The notes under the pieces: generated by a model
The model's database searches: none
What the model saw: the letters and a program-made list of their open reading frames with translations, nothing else
Told to the model about the DNA's origin: nothing
In this document: piece by piece, positions 31,522 through 39,423 of the stretch
Layout: each line of letters starts with the position of its first letter
How positions within the stretch are numbered: the first letter of the stretch is position 1
Position numbers and translations under genes: made by a program
NCBI GenBank assembly: GCA_017303975.1
Contig: JAFLBG010000005.1
Span: 39,353-103,352, forward strand
Length of the DNA stretch: 64,000 bases
Source of the DNA: Bacteroidota bacterium
GTDB lineage: Bacteria > Bacteroidota > Bacteroidia > JAFLBG01
Direction: 5' to 3'

Positions 31522-32526
31522 CTATTGAATTTTTAATGTAAAGTACTCGAATACATTTTTAGCGACACCTATATTAGGTGTTTCAGTAACGACAGGTTGG
31601 TCGTTATCATCCAAATACAATCTAACATACAACACCGTTCCCGAGGAATAAGTAGCTGTATTGATTGTAATCTTCCTGGTGTAGCTAACGCTAGTATTTA
31701 CATCCAATAGCTTAGGTCCCGATATAGGGCTTGTAACAACAGTAAGATTCTGTGCGGCTGTAGTATCTAATTTAAAAACAGAATTAGCAAATTTAATGGT
31801 ATTGTTTGAAATGGCCGCAGCACTAGTGCTATCGTCTTCAACCGCAAACCACAAATCAACCGAGCCTTGCGGAACCAAAATGGAACCCCTCTTATTTGGG
31901 TTATCAAATCTAGGATATGCGCTACTTGTATTACCTACAGGGAATGCCATAAAGCCTACCGTTTGTGGTTGTTTGTTGCCAAGAGTTGGGGAATTATTAA
32001 ACATGTCTTTTGCGCCTGCGTTTATCCAATCTTTTATGTTTTGTATGTAGGTGTCTGCATTGTTTGTCCAGTCAGTACTATTAGGATTGTTAGACAGTAA
32101 AAATGGCATCCTTCCTTGCGTACCTAGCAGAGCTTGTGTTAAACGAACATACAACATAGAAGAATCTGAGTTACCCGGCAACACACGGTATCTGTAAACT
32201 TGTGGGAGTGGTTGCATAATAGTGCTATCAAAACCATGATTGAATGTTGGCGCGTACAACAACGTGTTATAAGAGCTATAAATGCTTCGGAAATCGGGCA
32301 TAAAGGTTCCATCATGGCATTGAACATTTCCGCAAGTTGGTCGAAATATTTTTTCGTACAGATAGGCAAAATTATTTCCGGCCGGATTATTTAAACCTGG
32401 AGATGGCCCCGGATCTTGCAATGCGGGATCGTCATACGGGTTGTCAAACTCCGGATCTTTTTTGCACGAATTAAATGCAATAGCCAAACACAAGACTAAA
32501 ACAATAAGAACTAAATATTTATTCAT
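31522..32526 (-). CDS. lipoprotein, unknown function (334 aa)
   Basis: lipobox (AFNSCKK); contains CGNVQCH (CxxxxCH, not a canonical heme site); 2-nt gap to the neighbouring genes. Confidence 0.5.
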   Translation of the reverse strand: MNKYLVLIVLVLCLAIAFNSCKKDPEFDNPYDDPALQDPGPSPGLNNPAGNNFAYLYEKIFRPTCGNVQCHDGTFMPDFRSIYSSYNTLLYAPTFNHGFDSTIMQPLPQVYRYRVLPGNSDSSMLYVRLTQALLGTQGRMPFLLSNNPNSTDWTNNADTYIQNIKDWINAGAKDMFNNSPTLGNKQPQTVGFMAFPVGNTSSAYPRFDNPNKRGSILVPQGSVDLWFAVEDDSTSAAAISNNTIKFANSVFKLDTTAAQNLTVVTSPISGPKLLDVNTSVSYTRKITINTATYSSGTVLYVRLYLDDNDQPVVTETPNIGVAKNVFEYFTLKIQ

Positions 32527-32527
32527 G

Positions 32528-34060
32528 CTATGTTAGTTTTTGAGTGCTTAATAATGATACCGGTGTATTGTATAAAAAACTATTTTGCTGATGCTCTTGT
32601 TGCAAATCTGTTAAAAAGCCCATTGCATGCGCAATGGTAGGCACAATATCGGCAGTTTGATTATTATTGGAAGTGCTATAATCAACCATGTGTCCTAAAG
32701 AAGGACCTTGTGTCCAAGCGGTACTATTTTGTGGACCTAAAATCATAGCAAACACATCTTGTGTGTTTAAATCAGAATGGTCGTAGCCCAGCAAATTATT
32801 AATATCCTTAATTGCGTTTGGTTGCAAATTTCTTCCGCATTCAGGTACAATTATCATGATGGTATTGTCTTGAAAGCCTGGTGTACTTTGTATATATTTC
32901 CACAAATGCGCTACACTATGGTCTGCCACATGCAAATTTTGCAAATACGAAGGGTAATTTTGGTGCGCACCATCCACCGCATGCATATTTACTACCGTAA
33001 GTTTCGGTTTAAATTTATCCATCACTTCAATAGCGTATCCAACTGCGGTTGTATCAACAGATTGATAACTACCTCCAATTATATTTCCTTGCGGATCTCT
33101 AACAGTTGCAGAACCATTGTGTATAAGAGGGAATCTAATATTATTATATGAAGCACCAAACATATTTTGCATAAACTGTTTTATATCGTGCTTCTCTTGC
33201 TCCGTGTTTCCAATATCTGTATACGTAACTCCAACTTGCTCGAAAGTATTGTCTAAAAAGTTTTTAAGCCCATACAAATTGGCATATTCATCCGGATGAT
33301 AAATCTTAGCATCTTTTAAATATTTTTCTCCTAAAGGAGTTGTCAACGATTTTTTATTTCCAAAAATAACATCAGGCACTAAAAAATTAGCACCGTACTT
33401 TGCACCCCAATTAGGATGCTGGCTGTAAGACAAGAGTGGAATAGAGTTGCCTATTCCGTATCCAACAAACCAGGTGTCGGTAGCCTTTAAACCTCTGTAC
33501 TTACGAGCATATTCAAATATGGTAGGATACAGCGGCCGCTGCTTCAATCCTTGAGAAAGTAAGGTATTTCCTTGCAACAAAACATTTAGGCCAGTGTAAT
33601 GTCCGGGAGAAGAGCTTTTGATTTTTTTATAAAATATGCCTTGTGTTTGCAAGGTATTTCCTTGCTGAAAAATGGGGTCAATATGCGAATCTCCGGAACC
33701 GGATGGACCATAAAATATTTTACCGGCCGCATTATAGTCACTATTGTTTGTAGAAACAGTTTTATTGTAAACAGGAGATTGCCCTTCCAACAAGTTATAC
33801 ATCACATTTCCTTTGATATCTAATTTTGGCAAATCCCCGGAAGGTCCTGTATAACTAGAATACTGGCTTCCCTTTAAATACAACTGCTGAATAGAATCTT
33901 GGTGTCTTATGCCACCCGCCATCATTACTAAAACAACATGATCTACTAGAGCTGTTCCACCTGTGCTTGCAAACAACCTACCCGATGGAAGTATGTAAGG
34001 AGCAACAAAGGCACCGGCTGCAGCCAATCCTGTTTTTTTTATAAATTCTTTTCTGTTCAT
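32528..34060 (-). CDS. DUF1501-like secreted protein (alkaline-phosphatase/sulfatase superfamily) with a Tat-like leader
   Basis: MNRKEFIKKTGLAAAGAFVAP Tat-like leader (RK rather than RR); VLVMMAGGIRHQDS and PECGRN...GYDHSD regions resemble the DUF1501 conserved blocks as I remember them. Confidence 0.5.
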   Translation of the reverse strand: MNRKEFIKKTGLAAAGAFVAPYILPSGRLFASTGGTALVDHVVLVMMAGGIRHQDSIQQLYLKGSQYSSYTGPSGDLPKLDIKGNVMYNLLEGQSPVYNKTVSTNNSDYNAAGKIFYGPSGSGDSHIDPIFQQGNTLQTQGIFYKKIKSSSPGHYTGLNVLLQGNTLLSQGLKQRPLYPTIFEYARKYRGLKATDTWFVGYGIGNSIPLLSYSQHPNWGAKYGANFLVPDVIFGNKKSLTTPLGEKYLKDAKIYHPDEYANLYGLKNFLDNTFEQVGVTYTDIGNTEQEKHDIKQFMQNMFGASYNNIRFPLIHNGSATVRDPQGNIIGGSYQSVDTTAVGYAIEVMDKFKPKLTVVNMHAVDGAHQNYPSYLQNLHVADHSVAHLWKYIQSTPGFQDNTIMIIVPECGRNLQPNAIKDINNLLGYDHSDLNTQDVFAMILGPQNSTAWTQGPSLGHMVDYSTSNNNQTADIVPTIAHAMGFLTDLQQEHQQNSFLYNTPVSLLSTQKLT

Positions 34061-34071
34061 GTTTGCTCTTT

Positions 34072-34596
34072 TTAGTAGTACAAATACTCGTTAGATAAAA
34101 CGAATGAGAAATAAACTATCTCAGGCGAAATTTTTGTAGAGTCTAAGTTGCCTCCGGAATCTTTCCCCCATGTTTCGATATAGTTTTTTACATATGTTTT
34201 TTCTGCTTCGGTAGGATATCGTATATAAAAACGCTTGTAGGTGTCGTTCACAAATTTATCTACATCGGCCATCATCTCTACATGGGTTGGCTTTAATACT
34301 TTTTTGCTTACATCGTTCAACATGTTATTAATTACCAATTCTCGCACCAACGATTTATCCCCCACAGCTTCTATTGTCTGACTAATTTCAAAAATTTGAT
34401 TGGCACTAAGCGCCTTTTGAAAAAGGTTGGCATGCAGTATAGCCACAAACTGCTCGTTGGTTTTTAGTTTTGTTTTACCAGATGTGCTAGGGTTTAATGT
34501 AATGGGATTTACATCATACGTAGGCTCTAATTCTTTTTTGCAACCTACCACAAAAAGAAACAGACAAAGGGTTGATGTAATTAATATTTTTTTCAT
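34072..34596 (-). CDS. lipoprotein, unknown function (174 aa)
   Basis: lipobox (FVVGCKK); 11-nt gap to the downstream gene. Confidence 0.5.
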   Translation of the reverse strand: MKKILITSTLCLFLFVVGCKKELEPTYDVNPITLNPSTSGKTKLKTNEQFVAILHANLFQKALSANQIFEISQTIEAVGDKSLVRELVINNMLNDVSKKVLKPTHVEMMADVDKFVNDTYKRFYIRYPTEAEKTYVKNYIETWGKDSGGNLDSTKISPEIVYFSFVLSNEYLYY

Positions 34597-34641
34597 TTTA
34601 AAGTTTGTTAATTGAAACTATACACTTTCAATTTAAATACG

Positions 34642-34711
34642 CCACAAAGTCTTCGACTGGCTCAGGCTGACTTTCGCTCGGTCATATTGAGCCTGTCGAA
34701 ATAGTGCGTTG
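34642..34711 (-). repeat. copy A of a ~70-nt palindromic repeat element with 13-bp imperfect terminal inverted repeats TTCGACAGGCTCA...TGAGCCTGTCGAA; intragenic-operon location
   Basis: the reverse complement aligns at about 85% identity with 49967..50037, including the flanking CA(A/G)CGCACT and CGAAGACTT blocks. Confidence 0.7.
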
Positions 34712-34767
34712 AGTTATTAAAAAAATCATTTATTTATCTATTTATTTTTTTTATACAATCATTCATT

Positions 34768-35691
34768 TTAAAATCCTGCATATTCATTCGTAATCAACAC
34801 TTTTCGTTGCAATTTTTGTAAATCATGGTCGGCATATAATTCTTGTATATAGGTGTATATCTCGCTGGAAGATGGGCTTCTGGATAAAAAGCTCTTGTAT
34901 GTCCACCAAATTAATCCTTCGTAAAATTCGTGCGAGGTTGTTGCTATTTTTATAAAATCTCCCTTGTTCTGCCCAGACATTCCAAAAAGTGTTGCAGGCT
35001 TGTTGTATTCCACCATATCATAGGCTTTGTTGTATTCATTAATATCTGGAAAGCGGTAATACAAATCATTAAATACAGCATTAATAAAATTGAAAGAATT
35101 CATGTTGATCTGATCGTACACTTTATTGTACACCATTGCATAAAAAACATCATTTATATCAATCGAATCGTTTCGGTATTTGGATTGAGAATCGTGTATA
35201 GCCCATAGTTTTCGAACTTCAATCCTATTTATTTCTGCACCAAGAGAATCTCCATTAGTCGAATCTACAACAACATTATATTGATAATGCCCATAAATCC
35301 AATTCCCTATTATGTCTTGATCGCTTATAGACTCTAACGTTCTAGCTTTTGCCATTTCATAAAGCTTGTTATAGTAAGCATATTTGTAAGAGGAATCTCC
35401 GGGCAAATACGTTTCATCTGTTTGCAACCTAAGTACAATTGCCTCTCGAGCTGCCATGCTTACATCAGAGGCACGTAAAATTTCAACATCTCTTTGCAGT
35501 TCGGTTTGCAGTGCCTCCCTTCCTATTAAATCTATGTATAGTTTATTCACATAGTTTTCGAGTTTTATGGTGGAAAGCCCTTTGTATAGAGGTGCGTTAT
35601 TGTCTAAAATAAGTTCGGCATCTTTTTTACAAGAATGGATTAGGGTTAAAAAAGATAAAAGAAGAATTGAATAGTTAATTCTATTTCTCAT
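34768..35691 (-). CDS. lipoprotein, unknown function (307 aa)
   Basis: lipobox (LIHSCKK); first gene of the co-directional block. Confidence 0.5.
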   Translation of the reverse strand: MRNRINYSILLLSFLTLIHSCKKDAELILDNNAPLYKGLSTIKLENYVNKLYIDLIGREALQTELQRDVEILRASDVSMAAREAIVLRLQTDETYLPGDSSYKYAYYNKLYEMAKARTLESISDQDIIGNWIYGHYQYNVVVDSTNGDSLGAEINRIEVRKLWAIHDSQSKYRNDSIDINDVFYAMVYNKVYDQINMNSFNFINAVFNDLYYRFPDINEYNKAYDMVEYNKPATLFGMSGQNKGDFIKIATTSHEFYEGLIWWTYKSFLSRSPSSSEIYTYIQELYADHDLQKLQRKVLITNEYAGF

Positions 35692-35795
35692 TGTAAATAA
35701 GCAGGTTTTGACTAAATATAGTCTAAAAAATACTAAGAATCAATTTAAAAAAATGTTATTCTTAGCATTTGAAAGCTAAAAAGGGGGGAACAAAA

Positions 35796-36440
35796 CTACC
35801 TTACAACTAGTTTTTTATTGTAAAGCTTGTTATTACTACTTGCGGTAATTGTGTATAAACCGGGAGCTAAATTTTGGTTAGTTTCTATGTTTGTTATTAT
35901 TTGTTCCTCTTCTAAAATAAATGCTTTGGAGTAATGCTCTTTGCCCAACACATCGTGCACTACTATTAACACCTCTTCTCCGGACTGTCCGGTAAATGCT
36001 ACATTGATATTACCATTGGTTGCCGGATTAGGGTAAACCATCAGTAGAGAACTTTCCAACTTTAAACGTTGAAACTCTACCGCTACCAATTCGCTATAAT
36101 CATATGCTCCATCAAAATCGGTTTGTTTTAGGCGGTAGTAAGATGTGCCTTGAAAAGGCTTTGTATCAATTGTTGCATAATTTAGTATTTGAGAGCTATT
36201 GCCAGCTCCATCAACAGTTGCAACAAACTCATAATTAACTCCGTCTTGTGTTTTTTCAATTGTAAAGTAATCGTTATTCGTTTCGCTGGCAGTTGTCCAT
36301 TTTAATTGGGCGTATTCGTTATTTATATTTTCGGCTGTAAAACTTAATAGTTCTATCGGTAGGCCCACCATGCAGGTAGTAGCCAATTCAGAGGTATTGT
36401 TGTCTGATACTGTGCGCTGTGGCGGTAACACTTTCTCCAT
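35796..36440 (-). CDS. C-terminal segment (FN3-like domain plus type-A T9SS CTD) of a giant parallel beta-helix cargo; probably part of one gene spanning 35796..42065
   Basis: ends ...LMVYPNPATNGNINVAF...NKLYNKKLVVR (type-A CTD); the ORF opens only 3 codons upstream of its ATG and overlaps the 3' end of ORF 36388..39273 in another frame. Confidence 0.6.
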   Translation of the reverse strand: MEKVLPPQRTVSDNNTSELATTCMVGLPIELLSFTAENINNEYAQLKWTTASETNNDYFTIEKTQDGVNYEFVATVDGAGNSSQILNYATIDTKPFQGTSYYRLKQTDFDGAYDYSELVAVEFQRLKLESSLLMVYPNPATNGNINVAFTGQSGEEVLIVVHDVLGKEHYSKAFILEEEQIITNIETNQNLAPGLYTITASSNNKLYNKKLVVR

Positions 36441-39423
36441 TATTAATAGTTACACCACTTAAGCTCCACGCCCCACTACCATTAGCTAATACTGACCCAA
36501 GGTATGTCATTGCATCTTGGCAATTGCCTGTATTGTTTTTAAATACTTCTACCGTATCGTTGGCTGTGGCTGTACCACTGACACTTGTTCCATTAAAGGC
36601 TGTTACGGATGGTTTTGCTTTGCTTGCATTGGCACTAGATGCTAGGGTTACACCACTGGCATTAGAGTAAATTAAATTTCTCGAAATTAAATTTCCTGTA
36701 CATGATGCCCCGGTTAAATAAACTCCAGCAGTACCATTGTGTGCAATTACATTACCATACGGATTTTGCCCGGTTGCCCCACTATTACCACCAATAGCAT
36801 TACCAATATTCCCATTGCTGATATATATTCCATAAGCCTGAACGGTTCCTGTAGGGGCACTTCCAGTTGAAGTACATCCAATATAATTTCCTTGTATTTT
36901 GGCACCAGTGGTGGTGGTTGAAAATAAGCGTATGCCATTTTGGGTATTTCCAGAAATTATATTTTTCTCGGCTGCACTCACCCCTCCAATCTGTAGGCCT
37001 AAAGTATTTGAAACTACCCTAATCCCAATATTTTGGTAGTAGTTAGAGGTGCCGGAAGTACCATCTGCAGCCAAACCTATTATATTACCCTTAATAACTA
37101 CATTATTATTATTGTTGTTAAAAAATATGATTCCGGACGATAATGCTCCATAGTTTGCAGAAATTACATTTCCATCACCAGCAGAGGTGCCTCCAATTTG
37201 GGTGCCATTTGCGCCACTTAACAGATGAATTCCTGCATCTTGCGAAGAAGAAGCAATGCCGGAAGCCCCGTCAGTTCCCACTCCAATGTAATTTCCTTTT
37301 ATAATGGTACCGGTCATATTGGTATTTATATAGATGCCTGCTGTTTCATTCCCGCCAATAATATTTCTTTTACCCGAACCATTGCCTCCAATAGTTTGGT
37401 TATTGCTATTAACATAAATTCCGTTTAGTTGGGTATTCGAAGAAACATAACTCATACCATTTGCTTGTGTACCTATATGATTTCCAAAAACATTATCTAC
37501 TCCACTCGATTCTAAAATAATACCACTATTTATATTTCCGCTTATAACATTTCCTTCGCCAGCTGTTGTACCACCAATGGTATTTCCGTTAGAAGTGCCT
37601 GATAAATATACCCCTATGTCGTTCGAAGCTTTTGTGCTTCCATCACTACCTAAACCTATATAGTTCCCCTTAATATTGTTTCCACTAGAACTTCCGGATA
37701 TGCTTATTCCCCAGGCGTTATATCCAAATGTTAAAACATATTCGTGCCCTGAAATTATATTTCTACCGGAAGAAGTTCCGTTTCCAATGAGATTTCCATA
37801 CGAATTACTTATGTCTATCCCAACACCCTGACCACTACTATTTGCAGTCGAAACTTCTGAAACACCATCCGGATTTAACCCAATAATATTACCTAGTATT
37901 GTGTGGGATGTAACAGAGCTTAGTAAAATTCCTGTTCCATTTGAGTCATTTAATTGATCACCATTGTCAGAAATAGTATTTCCTTCGCCACTGGTGGTTC
38001 CCCCTATTGTGTTGGAATGTGCAGAACTATGGCACGATATTCCAGTGCGTTGTCCAATGGTATAAGATATGCCCGATGCGTCTTCATCTGAACCTATTCC
38101 AATTTTATTGCCTTTTATGCTATTGCCTGAAGTGCTTGCTCCTGTTAGCAAAATACCCGCTGTATTATTTAATGAAATAATATTACGAGCTCCGGTTGTG
38201 CCACTCCCTATTTGATTATTGGTGCTCCCATTAGCCAAGTATATACCATAGTCCTGATCGCTATTTACCTCCCCAAGTCCACCTCTATTTAAACCAATTA
38301 CATTACCTAAAATAGTATGAGAAGATACTCCGTTTAAATAAATACCTGAATTTGTATTTCCTGTAACTGTATTTTCCTCGGCTGAAGCCGTACCTCCAAT
38401 GGTGTTGCTATTGGATGAAGCTCCTCCCGAAATATAAATGCCATAATCTTGTGATGATGTAGCTATAGCAGATGTTCCATTACTTGCTAATCCTATATAA
38501 TTTCCTTTAATACTAGCGCCTGTTGTATAGTTAGAAATATAAATTCCCGCCTCTGTATTTGCAGATATAATATTGCGAGCTCCGGATACATTTCCCCCTA
38601 TTACGTTGTTTGACATATATTCTCCATCTCCAAAATCGTAGAAATAGATACCATATTTTTGGGTAGAAGATGTAACAACAGTAGAGCCATCTGCTTGCGG
38701 GCCTATGGTATTTCCAATTATGGTATTACTACTTACCGATTCGGGATTATAATCTAACGCACTTCCTAAATAAATGCCATACCCTCCTGCAGCACCATCG
38801 TTATTGCCTGATATAATATTTCCTTCTCCGGCTGCAGTTCCGCCAATGGTATTATACATACAGGCATCATATAAATACGCGCCATAATTTTGGGTGCTGC
38901 TTGTCACAAAAGAAGTGCCATTGCTTTGCAATCCTATGTAGTTTCCTTTTACTACGTTTCCGGTTGCTCCCGGATAAGTAATAGTGACACCCGAATATTC
39001 ATTCCCGGAAATAATATTTCGTTGAGCGTTTGCACCACCAACAGTATTATTAGTACCAGATATATCCACACCCGTTTGTTGAGCATGGGAGGTTACATAA
39101 GTACTACCATCTTTTTGTAGCCCTATTACATTTCCAATAACAGAATTGTTTGTTCCCCCAACTCCAATACCGGAAGTGTTCCCCGAAATTACATTTGCCT
39201 CTCCTGCAGCGGTGCCTCCTATTGTGTTGTACGAGCCAGCTAGACCAACCCCTCCTTGAGCAGATGATGTCATAAAGCTAGTGCCATTGCTTTGCAGTCC
39301 AATAAAATTTCCTTTGACAATATTTCCGGTAGTACCGGAGCCACTGAAATTTACCCCTGCACTTTTATTTCCTGAAATAACATTTCCACCTGCGGTTTGG
39401 GTATTACCAATAACATTGTTTAA
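36388..39423 (-). CDS. middle segment of the giant parallel beta-helix repeat protein (PbH1-type N.IGGT..GEGN.ISGN repeats)
   Basis: the reading frame stays open upstream of the annotated ATG (39273) through 39423 and keeps the same repeat motif (..NNVIGNTQTAGGNVISGN..GNFIGLQSNGTSF-MTSS..); the annotated 147-nt intergenic gap is therefore coding. Confidence 0.6.
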   Translation of the reverse strand, partial: LNNVIGNTQTAGGNVISGNKSAGVNFSGSGTTGNIVKGNFIGLQSNGTSFMTSSAQGGVGLAGSYNTIGGTAAGEANVISGNTSGIGVGGTNNSVIGNVIGLQKDGSTYVTSHAQQTGVDISGTNNTVGGANAQRNIISGNEYSGVTITYPGATGNVVKGNYIGLQSNGTSFVTSSTQNYGAYLYDACMYNTIGGTAAGEGNIISGNNDGAAGGYGIYLGSALDYNPESVSSNTIIGNTIGPQADGSTVVTSSTQKYGIYFYDFGDGEYMSNNVIGGNVSGARNIISANTEAGIYISNYTTGASIKGNYIGLASNGTSAIATSSQDYGIYISGGASSNSNTIGGTASAEENTVTGNTNSGIYLNGVSSHTILGNVIGLNRGGLGEVNSDQDYGIYLANGSTNNQIGSGTTGARNIISLNNTAGILLTGASTSGNSIKGNKIGIGSDEDASGISYTIGQRTGISCHSSAHSNTIGGTTSGEGNTISDNGDQLNDSNGTGILLSSVTSHTILGNIIGLNPDGVSEVSTANSSGQGVGIDISNSYGNLIGNGTSSGRNIISGHEYVLTFGYNAWGISISGSSSGNNIKGNYIGLGSDGSTKASNDIGVYLSGTSNGNTIGGTTAGEGNVISGNINSGIILESSGVDNVFGNHIGTQANGMSYVSSNTQLNGIYVNSNNQTIGGNGSGKRNIIGGNETAGIYINTNMTGTIIKGNYIGVGTDGASGIASSSQDAGIHLLSGANGTQIGGTSAGDGNVISANYGALSSGIIFFNNNNNNVVIKGNIIGLAADGTSGTSNYYQNIGIRVVSNTLGLQIGGVSAAEKNIISGNTQNGIRLFSTTTTGAKIQGNYIGCTSTGSAPTGTVQAYGIYISNGNIGNAIGGNSGATGQNPYGNVIAHNGTAGVYLTGASCTGNLISRNLIYSNASGVTLASSANASKAKPSVTAFNGTSVSGTATANDTVEVFKNNTGNCQDAMTYLGSVLANGSGAWSLSGVTINNGESVTATAHSIRQQYL

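Noticed and set aside
31522-32526. CGNVQCH in the 334-aa lipoprotein as a possible heme c attachment site
   Set aside because: The spacing is CxxxxCH rather than canonical CxxCH. It is a single occurrence and there is no cytochrome c maturation context. It is not called as a cytochrome.
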